Source of the DNA: Syncephalis fuscata S228 | Taxonomy: Eukaryota; Fungi; Zoopagomycota | DNA length: 64,000 bases | Assembly: GCA_025786725.1 (NCBI GenBank) | Contig: JAHLTZ010000003.1 | Location: forward strand, 868,001-932,000 | Direction: 5' to 3' | Part shown: in pieces, positions 1-13,186 of the stretch | Numbering within the stretch: position 1 is the stretch's first letter | How the letters are laid out: every line of letters begins with the position of its first letter | Made by a program: the position numbers and the translations under genes | The notes under the pieces: generated by a model | The model's input: only the letters and a program-made list of their open reading frames with translations | What the model was told of the DNA's origin: nothing | Databases searched by the model: none

Positions 1-509
1 ATATTATGAAAAAGTTACTATGCTGGAGCAAGTTGTGTCGAGTCTTGGTTTAGAAGCCTAGTATTTTGTTTAAATCGGCAACTCTTAATATTTTATTTAT
101 TATTTTAAATAAAAGCATGCCGTTCTGGTTTGTTAATTAATTACAAATATAAACAAATATCAATGTAAATAAAGTAATAAAATTATCAGATAGCTTACAA
201 TTATATTTTTAATATAGTAGAAATAATACAAAATGCTATTAAATTAAGAAACCAATTTACATTGTTTAAGTTTTAGACAACTGTAGAATGGTTAAAGTAA
301 TGTGACAAATAAATTGTAGCAGCAAGTATGGCAATGATTAGTTTATTCATGATTTTATGTGTAACAAATCGTCTAGTTAATTGAACTATGTTACATTATT
401 AGCATATTACAACTAGCTACGCTTAATACAATTACGCTCGAATTATTTATTTAGCAATAATGTCAACGGTCCAATTAGTTTATTGTTTTAATTATTTAAT
501 TTATTACTA

Positions 510-2485
510 CCAGTAGGTTGTTTTCCAACTAACTCGAAGGGCCCGGGACGTTGGAGTTGACTAGTTCGCGTGTGAAGGAGTTGGACCTTGGCACATTGGA
601 AGGTCCTGAGATAAGCGCCGATGAAATAACTGATGTTGTCGGTTTCCACTGCACTGGCAGCTCTTCAAGTATCTTTCGCCATTCGGTAAATTTACTTTTT
701 GAATCCAGGCATATTCGTGCAGTATAAGTATACGGTGAATGAATGGCAAATCCATAATTAATCGCTGAATTGCGGTATTTAATCCGTTGTATGCAAGCGC
801 CTTTCCAACTGGTTCTTGTCTATTCCATATTGTTTGTTAGCGTGTTTTTATCAGATATAGGACACATCTATAATACCTGAATTATAAAGCAGTTTTCTTC
901 GCCTTTTTTAAGATTCATAAGTATAATTTCATTGGTAAACATTAATGCAAATCCGTGTATCCATTGATTATTAAATAATGGTATTTGATAGCAAATTGGA
1001 GAAACATATAAAAGCTGGTGCTCTAATGACAATAACGGTGCTTTTAAACATGAAATATTAGATTGAATTAAAGCTATTTGTTGATGAGCCGCTAGTTTAC
1101 ACAGCCTGTAAATCAATAATAAGATGCGTATTTAATGCTATTTAGATTGTTTCATGAAAAGCCGCATCAAAGAGTGCTTACCGTGGCCATAAATCCATTG
1201 CAGTCTTTTCTAAGACGTCTAGACACGGTTTTACCATGGAGTTTACTTCACTTTCAGATGACTGTGTATTGTTTTTATAGATACTACGCAGTACACTGCC
1301 AATATGCCAAAGATGTTCCACTGCAGCTACAAAAGGCAGGTGTCTTAGCTGTTGACATGCTGCGGGTGCTTTATTTTCTAGTTGCTTTTCGTGAATGTTA
1401 TGTTAGTCTCTAGGTATAATTGTATATTCAACCATTTACCTTAATCGCTTTTCGGAGTTTTTTGTCAGTGGAATATAGATTTTCAAATGCAATTATACTG
1501 TTACTGTGGGCTTCCGCTAATTCCGAATAAATCTTCATTTGTTGAAACTAAATACGCTATAGTTAGGCTGAATAGCTTCAATATATTTGCATGTAGTCAG
1601 TTATACATACAACAGGCAATAGCTCGGTAAATATTGTCGGGGACCATGGATTGGGTGGGCATCTGAAGATTTGTATGTCATTTTCCCATTCAAAGCTGGT
1701 TTTACTGCACGGACACTTACACGCTTTTCAAAATCTCCAAACAGGATTTATATAAATCTGTGAACGGCGTTATAGTCTCAAAATACTGCTGAAATATGTC
1801 CAAGGATGCTGCAGATGCATTATAACAAATGTCTACACATTTATCTGATGTCGTGGTGTCATTACGTAGCGCAAACAACTGTAGGATATTGCGGGTGTTG
1901 GATCGTGTCGACGTTGACTGTCCCATTAGTTGATCCACATAGTGACTTTGTGTAAAATTCAATTTTCTTAAAAAATGAAGCTGCGTATCTGCTAGCTGCT
2001 GGACTAAAACATGGTTGTCACGACTAACATTGTTTTGAATATCCGGGTCGTTAACCGCTGGTACTGGGCATGATGAGTGCAAAACTAATTAAAAAAATTA
2101 ACATATTTGACTACACACTGCCTTATTTAAGCTTACACTGGTGCGCTTGTAGCATGTTTACGTTTTCGTTGCTATTTTTCAAATTGTTAGCCGAGTCCTG
2201 CTCGTTGATACGTTTCTCAAGATAAAGCAAATGAGTCTGATGGAGCGAGCTTCTAAGATAGCTCCAGGCTGGCCGATAGATGTTTCTATTTACGTCAACA
2301 CTGCCACGGCGAGCAAAAGTTGATAAAAATGAAAGACTAGACATGCGGCCTTTTGGATAGGTAGAATAGCATGGAGGTGCCTCACTGGGAAGCTCAACTT
2401 CAAATAAGAAATCCTCATTAGTACAGGCATTCTGGCGATCAACTGTAAGATTATCCGATTTTATTTGCTGCTGGGATAAAGACAT
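510..2485 (-). CDS. Multi-exon divergent RhoGEF-like (DH-PH) protein; 3' end uncertain
   Basis: ORFs 2123-2485, 1717-2082, 868-1116 and 561-755 are separated by GT-AG introns. Segments 'LADTQLHFLRKLNFTQSHYVDQL', 'IFQQYFETITPFTDLYKSCLEIL' and 'FQQMKIYSELAEAHSNSIIAFENLYSTDKKLRKAIK' follow the pattern of Dbl-homology helices and are followed by a beta-rich, PH-like part. Pattern recognition only. Confidence 0.45.
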
Positions 2486-3653
2486 GGTTTGCGTTGAGAA
2501 CTGAGTGTTATGAAAAACTAAAGATATTAATGAAAACAGTATACTGTAAAAGTGTGCATATCTACGGCCATTCTGGTTCCACGAGGGCTGGTTTTAGTTC
2601 ATATTGATTGGCTCATACACCATGCAAGTCCCAAGGCACATGTACCAATGGAAAATTCTATAGAAACAGTTTAATTCTATGTCGCATGTAATCTTGTCAT
2701 TCTTTATTTAATATTATGAAGCTATTGTACTTTGAGCCCCTATCCTTAAAATGAAGGACAAAAAGATTCATAACTCGAATAATAAACCGTCGATCAGTCT
2801 TTAATACTGAGAAGCGTTATTTGTTGAAGCAGTGCCACATCAACTCCGATTGAATTAGTCAAAGTCTTAATTAATCTGCACTATTTCCAACGTTTGATAT
2901 CAGTGTTTATAAATGTTATAGTATTCCATGTTACTTGCAATATAATAAATAAATAAATAATAATCCATATTATTGTTGCTGTAAAGCATTCAAAGCATTA
3001 TAATTTGATATTTAATGTCACGCACCACCCAGTTCCATGTTTAGTAAAATAACAAATGTGTAGTTCAATCAAGAATGGTAGCTTTGATCTTTTGACATTG
3101 AATTGCATGAGTCTACTTATTATTTAATATATGGAAGTTATTATACCTTGACTTTCTATTTTTTTATTTATCCATTTTACACCTCAACACTTTAAATACA
3201 CTTGAACACTCATTCATCACTATAACATGTATAATATTGCATCCAACATTAATTAATTCATGTTTAATTATTAATACAATAATGTAATATTAGAAAATAG
3301 AAAAGACCATTCAAATGCAATAATCCATACTGTATGTAGATGCAACAAAAACTGCGGGATGACATGGAATTGCAATCATATGGCTTCTATTAATATTCTA
3401 GCAATCTTTTTACATATGGCCAACAACAACAATAATCGGCCTTGTTAATTTTAAAGAAATCAAATGGTATGTTACATTGTTTATTTCATGCACATTATAA
3501 AACATTGACTACTAAATACATCGTGACAAAATTTGACTAAATGACAATAAATAATATTACTTTAACGACTAATGTTTCATTAAAAAATAGTCTATCCTTT
3601 GTATAATTATAAAGCACGCTACTCGTATAATACTTTACACAATTACAACAATA

Positions 3654-5279
3654 TTAAAATCCAAGCTTAATTCGCCGTTGTTCGCGTACATGTTCACGTA
3701 TCTCTTTCCACTGGTCCGATATCTTAGTCGGGTGGCTTTTCTCTACGCCAGTATTAATCATGGTTGAATATCGAGGGTCCTGAAGCACATCGTTTACCAG
3801 CCAGTCCATATACTGCCACTCACGATCACCTGCATATATATGTACGTTTTTGCCGTTCTTTTGGCTAAGTTCAAATTCTTCCTGCCATGCTAGCGCCCTT
3901 TCGGCCCGTGACGGTAAGCCGCATTGACCAGAAAGCACCGCTGCTATATGCCATGCCTGTCGTTCCATTATCGTAATGACGCTCACTTGCTTTTGTAGGC
4001 CTGGAAACATAAGGGTCGGTAACTCCGTATAGTATATCTGTTTGTATAGATTTTTGCAATACAGGCTATTGGCGGCCAAGACCGGTGGCCAATCGCTATT
4101 TTCTTTATCCTCGAATAACCATGGCAAAAAAGGAAGTGCGTATCGATAGCCTGTAGCAAATAATATATTATCCGGTGCTGGTATAATCTTCCCATCATCT
4201 AATTCTATCCAAACCTGTTGATCGGTTGGTTTATTTAGTTCCAACTGTTGCTGTAGTTGAAACTCATTTAAACTGTTCTGCTCGGTAATATTGGTCACTG
4301 GTCCAACGTAAATACGCTTAATCTCTGGTATTAGCACAGCACCTGTAATGGCACGTAGCTCATCTGTAATTGGCTGGCCACGGATCGATCGTACTAGTCG
4401 TTTTACATAAGGCCGTAGATCACGCGCAATATCAACGGCCGATGGTCCGTTGCCAACCACCATGACGTCCTATTTGTACATTTATTAATGGCGCTGTATA
4501 TTCATTACACGCATCACTTACCTTATCTTCATAGGCTTCCGGTCGTCTATATTCAAATACGTGTTTAACGCGATTGGGCCATTTTTCGTATAATAAAGCT
4601 AATCCAGGAATGGTTGGCGTGAATGGCACTTGATGGTGCCATTACATACGATGACCGCATCAAATCGCTCTTCCCATACAGTGGTTTCTGTACTATTCGA
4701 TTCCTGCTTTTTTAATAAAGCACGCCATTCCTTATTGTCGTCTGTTCTCTCGACCAAAGTGACTTGTGTATTAAACGAGATGTGTTGGCGCAATTGATAG
4801 TCGTCGGCAAAGTCCTGCCAATATTGTAGCACGGGTGGAAATTGAGGAAACTCGGGCAATGATGCAGGAAATGGTCGATTATGCAAAGCCATAATGGATA
4901 GCGGCAGATTGGTATGTAAATTAATGTAAATAGGCGATTCTACTGAAGGACTGCGTGCGGCCTCTTCAATAGACATGGGCTTTGACGGAATATCCGGGCG
5001 CGGACCCGTATATTCAGAGTAAATCCTACTTGGCTATAGTGTTTAATTCGCTTTGCAATCTGCCGGTCCTGCCACCTACCAAGTACCGCCAATCTCATTG
5101 CGCTGTTCAAATACGCGCAAGCTATCTAGTTGGCCACACTCTTGTTTAATATAACGAGTCACTAGCAATCCGTTGACACCTGCACCAATAACTGCTACAC
5201 GCCTAATACCGTCTAAATATTCGCGACATCTCTGCTGGACATTGCATAACTCGGCTGCCGGTTCAATTTCTACTATCAT
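3654..5279 (-). CDS. Flavin-containing monooxygenase (Fmo1-like), 3 exons, one apparent 1-nt deletion near 4637
   Basis: FAD motif VAVIGAGVNGL, FEQRNEIGGTW, SPIYINLHTNLP, FDAVIVCNG(H), NADPH motif VVVGNGPSAVD and FATGY. Introns at about 4.47-4.52 kb and 5.03-5.08 kb. Confidence 0.9.
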
Positions 5280-7177
5280 ATTTTTGTAATAGTAATAATA
5301 TAAGATGGGAATATGTAGCTAAAAGCACACGCAATTGGTACTCACTACTATACAATTTCGTGCTACATCAGGCTTAAATAGTCATAACAATCCTGTACTT
5401 GTTCGGTATACAGTGAATCTACATCTTCATACACACTTGATGGGCATGATAATAAATAGTTTTACTTAATAGCAGGTTGTATGATTTACTGTCAATAACC
5501 TGTGGCAAACATTAAGTCAATAATGATTCAATATCCACTACAAACTGATATAAACGATTCAGTTTCAGCACCAATATTATGTTCCAATTCCATTATTTGC
5601 CCTGATGTAGTTTGCATTGAATCTTTGACGATTTTTGGTGTGTGCATTCGTAATAAATAAAAGTTAGACGAATTGAGTTAAATATGTTATATTCAAACTA
5701 AATATTGTAAAATTCCTATGGCATTTAACAACTGGATATTTTATGCAATAGAGACAAGGCTAGCAAGTTATTACACCATATGTTGATTTATGATCGATAC
5801 AGTGTAAACATATAGACACTACACTGCTCATAAAGACTATAACATATAGCAAAAGTATTATATTATATAATAACAAAAACAGTAAGCATAATTTAAAAAG
5901 AGGAGTACTTGTTGATTTCTAGCCTACGGCCAAGTATCCCATATATACAGAAAAATACAACATCTATAAGAGATGGGAATATAAGTAAATTCAGAGGTAA
6001 AATACTGTATTGTGTATGATAATTGAATTCAAAAATATTAATTCGGTTGTTGACGAATGTAATGCATTATTTATAAAATTGTACTATTTTATACATGGTG
6101 TAATAGTATGTTTATCGATGTAGCATTATAATCTTTAATAAATGTCTATGCCGTAATAAATACATATCAATTTGCTCCTTTTTTTAGTAATATCGTTACT
6201 GTAAAGTATTTAAGGTATCATATTTTGACAACTAATGCCATCTATCATTCAGATCTATGTTTAATAGAACAAATGTAGTTTAACTATATGAATAATGTTA
6301 AATGTAATCGCTTAATACAAAAATAACAACAATACAATAAAATAACGATACTTACAAACGACTGAATTGACAATTCTATGCGAAGATGTAGTTTACAGAT
6401 TATCATGACACCTATTAGATTGATAATTAAGCTATTTGCTTATAACATGTCACCATTTTTTGTCATTATAGCTGAAAGCGATTGCTTATAAAAACTTTAT
6501 TATTTGCAACAATCTCTAATGGATGATAAAAAAGAACTAACCTAATTACACTCAACAATTCAAATCCTATGGTAGTGTATACAAATGCTGTGGAAATAAT
6601 GTTGAATCACCATTTAATTTAGATTTGGTGGCCGTAAAAAAGCCAAATACAGACGAGAAGATTTTTGTTGCTCATGGCGATACTCAATGCCAAAATACAA
6701 AAACTTGCAATTGGAAACAGTTTCATATTCAAGACTATAGTACATTCTAAATAGGTGTTAGTTACTTATTTTGTATCTAAACGCCATTTTGGCACATTAT
6801 TATTTTGTTAATCAATATTTTATCTACTAGCTAATAAATAAAATTTAAATTGTGTATTAAATTATATCATAGTAGGTAATATAAACGATATGATTATGTA
6901 TATTTTAGATCTCTACAATTTGTTTTCTAATTAATCAATATATAACAACTATTTATGTAATCATAATGTAAATCTCAATATAGTTAATTGAGGCTTTATT
7001 AGTAAAAAGTCTACACAAATTGCAATGGCGAATAAATTTTTATGACGCATTTATGCAACAAATAATTAATAAAATCTATATTTACCAATGTTATTTTGAC
7101 TTTTAATGATAGTAAAAAGCATGGTACAACAGCCAATGTATGGCACATAGACGCACATGCACAAATCCACTAAAGTA

Positions 7178-8183
7178 TCAGGATACAGCAAAATGTGAGA
7201 TATGCCAACTAGGCGTTTGCAGCCATTGCTCCATGGCCGTCCAGTCGGCAACATTGGGCGTGGTTACTTTTTGCGTTTGTTGCGTCGTCTGCCATTTAGA
7301 TAGACGTAGCGTTGCCTCTGGATCGTGATAGGTCCCGTTGGATGCGAGCTGTGGTGTACATACACCAAGTCCAGACAGATCAAAGTTATCAATGGGTGTA
7401 TTGGCATCATTGATGGCATGTGAAGACACTGAAGCAGAGTCGCTGGCACAAGGTCTAGTTAATGGTGTTGTCATTTCCTGCCATGAATATTTATACATAT
7501 TACTGTCAAGTTGGGCATTATTGTTTTTGCCCTCTAGTTCAATGTCATCCTCGTCTTCCGACAACAATGGCGATGATTCTGCAGTAGTGAAGCCTGAATC
7601 AGCAGTGGCATAAAATTTAGCTGATACATCTTTTTTGTAAGCAAACACTACCGAAGATTTTGGAACTGAGGCTGATCGCAACAAGTTTAATGTTTTGCGA
7701 GGGCCAGTGCTGCCGACTGCAGTAGACATGGCATTTGAACTACTGGTCTCTGATGATTGAGAGGTTCGCACCGGTACAGGAGTGGGCATCACGCCAAAAC
7801 GACGTAGATCCGGTAGTGGCATACGATTTGAAAGAGAACGGGCTCGCCGGTGAGCGCAAAAATCCGGTGTGGTTATAAAGCCGGTTGTGTTTTTTAATGG
7901 TAGCACATTTGATGACATGGTAGACGATGTGCCGGTGGTCGTTACGGCAAAAAGATCTTTATCCAACGGGCTGGTAGATTCAGCCGTGTCCGAACCACTT
8001 TCTAATTCGACTCGTAAATCAGAAAAACGGCACGCTTCACTGCAATAGAGCGTAGACTGTATGGAAAGTCGCATTAGTTATTGATTATTCGTTGTATCGA
8101 ATCACGTGAAACAAAATAGAGTTTCTACCTACCTCATTGTCGTCGAAATGACGGTCACAAACGACACACCAATTGACATCCAT
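7178..8183 (-). CDS. Ecl1/2/3-family zinc-binding protein (extender of chronological lifespan-like)
   Basis: Exon 1 (8133-8183) MDVNWCVVCDRHFDDNE splices to exon 2 (from 8056) STLYCSEACRFSD. This gives the N-terminal CxxC...LYCSxxC Ecl motif, followed by a Ser/Thr-rich tail. Confidence 0.75.
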
Positions 8184-11100
8184 GATACTAATATTTGGTA
8201 AAAAGCAGCGGGTTCAATTTGCGATGGCTATACACAAGAAACCAAAAGCACGAATACTGCAAAAAGAAATCAAGTCGTTTTACCGTTAGTAAGGCCGTAA
8301 ACAATGGTAATGACGGAGAATAAGCAATAGAGAAAACAGCAAGCAAATGCTTTCAAGGTATGCAACGTGATATGTGAATAATGAAGGCTCTCCGACGTCA
8401 CGCACGGCGTGGATTTGCTGGAGAGTAGAAAAGGGGAGTAGGATCTGCAAGGGAAGATTGGTATGAAGCACTCGATGCTTAAGGTTGCAAGGAGAGCTTA
8501 GGATAACAAGATAGCGCTATAAGCAGTATAATGTCAACAAACGATTATATGTGTTATAGAGAAAAGACCAGCGACAATCAAGCAATCAAGCGGATAATGT
8601 CGAATACAGAATGTTGCAATACGTTAACTGTAGGTACTAGCAGAGCTGCAGGCAATAATAGCAATGGACGAGAAAAGAATAAAATATGATGAAACTTGCA
8701 AAGCTCGCTAATTGGCAAAATTGAATATTTTTACAAGAAAATCAACATCTTAAAAAAGAAAACGGAGTCACCAACTACGACTCAATAACAAATATGTAAG
8801 AAAATGGCATGTTCATGAAAATACTAGCATAGTTTCCAATGGAAGATTGCACACCACGAAAGGAGAACCATAAAGGTCTTGGCAATGCCCACACATAAAC
8901 TGATCCACCTAGAAAGGGGAAAGGAGACTTGAAAGATAATAGTGACGAAACCGGCAGGTTGTTTTTAGAAAAGACTCACAGGCCGATGTTGTCGCTAACG
9001 TAGCAAGCATTGGTGTATCGATCTTACGTAGCACTTACCATTCCAATGGCGCGTAAATCGATGCAGACGAGGGAATGATGCTGGGAGTAGTGATAGTGTA
9101 AAGCCACTGCCCCTTTTAAAACAAGCAGCTATGACGATTGGATGCAATAGAATAGTAGAATGTAATATTGATTGGGTCTGGGCGGAGATCCAAACGCACA
9201 ATGTAGTTCTAGCCGTCGATAACAACCACCGTAACGAGAAATAAGTTTGTTTCGTAACCACAATAAATATTGGGCTACAAATAACAAATTCACTTTAATA
9301 AACGCAACGGCCACTATTGCTGATACAACAATGTTGGTAGTTGCGTAGTAACAACAAGTTCTGATAATAAAAAAGATGTGATAAGCAGGAAAAGACTGGA
9401 AGGTACAGCAATCTATTCTTTAATCCAAATAATCAAAAGACGGCGTCTGATGCAAAAAAAGAAAGATAAACAGACAAACAGAGGCCAGACCACAAACAAG
9501 CGACTAGTACGAAAAAAGAATGTGTACTTGAGCCGTAAAAAGAATGAAAAACGGTGCTACTAAATAGTAGAAATGGAAGCAATGTGAGCGGCAATGATTT
9601 GGCCCATGCGTCTCGTAACACGAGCAATTAAGAATGAGCAGAAATGAAAGGAAGAGAGAGAGAGGGCAAGATAGAAAGTGAGGGATAGGGAGAATCTGCG
9701 TAACGTGAAGCCTTTCTAGTCCAATAAAAATAGCACTCTTGCCTTTTCTTGTTCTTGGCTGGCAAGAACAGTATAGATTGCTGTGGTACATATGCAGTCT
9801 TCAGCACGCGCAGTACCCACGACCAATAACTGCAGGCGAGCAGGATAGGAAATAACGCGTCTTTCAATGCAGTCTCGTTGCTATCTCTCTTGTCACCGCG
9901 CTATTGTCCAATAGACAATACGCAAGCCATTCTACATCCACGTGTAGCATTTTCTGAAGCGTTCCATTACTGCCTTTGCCTTCCTTTTTCTCCGCTGTTA
10001 ACTTAGCGTAGAGAGTCTTGTATCCGCTTGTCACCGACAATCGGCGTTCGGCATTGATCGCACCGGTTAGTAAGCACTAACAGTAGCGTTTTCTAGGCCG
10101 GATCACGATACTTTCGGAATCGTAAAACGAATAATACGTCATAATAAAATCATTATATTTACTGCATTAGTTAATTACGCATCAATAGCAATATAAATTT
10201 TCACATCGTATCTGCATGAATATTATGCATAAAATACGCACATAGCAGTAACGATGTACTCCGCCCCCACTAAATATAAGTGACCCCATAATAAAAATAG
10301 CTTGCATTTGAATAAATTTGATAATTTGATAATAAATATTACATTTTAATACATGCATGAAACACAATATAAGCTAGTGATTAAAAAAAAGATTGCCAGA
10401 CTGCAATGTGCAAGATATAAGGTTATTGAGCTAGAAGAAAGTCAAGATTGATAGATATGTTTATTTTTATAATGTCATGGATTGGACCAAAAGTCTGATT
10501 GTCCGCCAAACCTCTGAAGATCCGCAATATTTCTATATTTAGACAACACGTATAACATGCAATAAATGGAAATACACATGGTTGTTTATCTTTAATAAAA
10601 TATTAGTCTATATAGTTAGCAGTATTTTTATTCACTATTTTTTGCTAAAATACAAGCAGGGCACTATTGAGTAATACTTTGTTGCATCTGCTTGTTCTTC
10701 ATATTATATACGAATTAAACCAAAGATGATTCATATTTGCTCATGTTTCCCAAATACATCTGTTTTGTGCACATCACATGTTTTAAGTAGCTTCAGATGT
10801 AATCTACAGCCTTACTTTGCTTTCAAGCTAAAATTCTAATATTTGGAATCATTTACTTAGCGAATAACATCATAGTGTATACTTTGCATGCTTACCAACG
10901 AACATACAGATGCATTATCTTAATTCAATCACAATTGCTATTAGTAAATTGATTTAGTATTTAATTGAGACAATTCTGATAATTAAATTAGTAAGGATTA
11001 AAGTAAAAACAAAAGTATTTTATTGTAAATTTATACATTAATGATTCAGACTGCTGTCAAAGCACTAGTAATGGCACTATACAATCAAAGTATTTATGTT

Positions 11101-11657
11101 TAGTAAATATATGCTACAGTAAATTCACAAGCAAGCATTTTTCCTTTTATGTACATACGTAGCTGTAAATAACCTACGACTTTTGTATAGTTAAGTATCC
11201 GCCTAATTGTGTGCTTTGACAAGTGGAACAATTTAGCAATAATTAACCCTGCTATTTAAATAATTTAACAACTGTAGCAATATATTTATTATTACAAGAT
11301 AAATGCCTGTATGTATTATAATCGTAGAAATAAAAATGTAAACTGATTAATATTGATTAGCGTGCATAATGATTTCGCTTCAATAATTACGCATTAATTA
11401 ATTAGATCAACTCGTTTGGTAACTATCATGATAATATGATTGTTTTTTATGTATCTAATCAAATATTATTCTGGTCAATTAAGTAAATGATGTAATTGAA
11501 AATGCTAAAAATAGCAAGTAAATTTTAATTATCAATCGTGATTGTAAATATAATCATAATAACTTTGGTAAAAATTCAGTAATGTCAAAATTAGTTAATA
11601 TTAACAATATGGTAATGATACTTTACTTAAAGCTTTACTTGGTGACAACAGTAACAG

Positions 11658-13186
11658 CGTAAATCTTCCCATTGTTAATTAGTTAATAAAACCAATAGAT
11701 TATTCTTTATTTGTTTTGTCAACTTTGGTGCAAAAGGTCTGCCAAACAGATTGTAATCGACGAATTAATAAATCGACCTCTTCTTTATGCATGCCCTGTG
11801 CTGCTGCTACGGTCATATACGGGCAAACAGTACTCACTTTCTGCTGTGCTGTGCACACCGCTGAGTTGACCGAGCTTGTAGAAGCTGTCGGGCCATAGAT
11901 ATCTATATGTGCGCCATATCCTTCAAACTTAAACCGGTCAATCTGCTTGATATCTGTGCTTGTAACAACTCTATAAAAATGGAAATATTAATTTAATATG
12001 GCAGATTGTAATACGCGGGGTTACCTTGCTCCAGTGACTCGATGGGCAAATAGCATAGCGCCTAAATCCGTTAATGATTTTCCGCTGGCCAATAAAGGCT
12101 CAAGCGATAGTGCTAACAGGTATTGCTTAGCTTATATGGATATGATGGTCCGAGGCGTGTGTGTGTGTGTGTGTGTGTAGCACGCAACCTACCCATTGAA
12201 ATATCATTGCGTGGCGTGTCTAGCACACGCGTGCCTAGCTCGACTGCAATCGCTGACAACTGGTCAGAAAGATAATCGTAGACTTCCTACCAGTCGGTAA
12301 TTGGCTTTATTGCTATTACAAACGCAAAACGTGGTCTTACCTTGCGATCGCTTAACAACTTGCGATAGCCAGTTTCACCTAGTGTGAGTAACGTGATGAA
12401 TACATCTAGAATGGGTGTTATTGATGCACGGCCAGGATAGGATTTTGCCACGTTGGCCAAAAGCGTTTTGCTGGGACTAAAGACAACAGCGCCGCCAACC
12501 TGAACGAGTATTAGTCAGCGACGAGATGGTTTGTTGAATCTGTATACTTACAGGAACTAGAAAGTTCTTGTCAGTACTTTGAACTACAAGCAACAATGGA
12601 TCCTTTACTTCCTTTGTGTACATGTGGCGTGCTGCCTCTGATACAGCGTTCATGCAGCGACGTGATTGCACACCATAGGCATTGTTTACTAAGTGAGGAA
12701 TATTGAATTTGGCACACAGTTGAGATATGCGACTTAAGCTGTTTAACTAAATCAGTATGCAGGACTTTTTTTTAGCATAGCTTATGTAGCTTACTTATCA
12801 GGAATGCGCGGTGCAAAGCAACTCGTAGTCGAGAGTATGCAGACAATGGACTCTGGCCTCATGGCGTTCACCGTCTTTTCTAGCGCATCCATGTCCGTGC
12901 ATACTTGATCTCCATTAAGACGATTTGCCACAATAACAGGCTCTAGGCCTAGCTACGTTTGTTAATAAGCGTTATACTAGACTGTGCCGGCAAAACACAT
13001 ACCAGCACTTAGAATAGCCTTAAATGCGGATTTCTGATCAATACGTGGCCAGATGACATAGCGTGCATTTGGTCGCTGATTCCGCAAAGTGGCCAAGCAC
13101 AGCGATATGGCCATACCTGTAGCGATAGGCACAACCAGAGAAGCTTGTGCCGCCTGCTTTGTTGCGCCTATAGATATTATTGGTTA
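11658..13186. repeat. Inverted repeat A, left arm (reverse complement of 19930-21456)
   Basis: Identical ORF translations on opposite strands (12477-12671 vs 20445-20639; 11716-11898 vs 21216-21398). The only differences seen are one synonymous GAT/GAC and (GT)11 vs (AC)10 in an intron. Confidence 0.95.

Noticed and set aside
11716-12180. Short ORFs 11716-11898 and 11998-12180 (+) and their copies at 20841-21398 (-)
   Set aside because: Antisense shadows of SepSecS exons.
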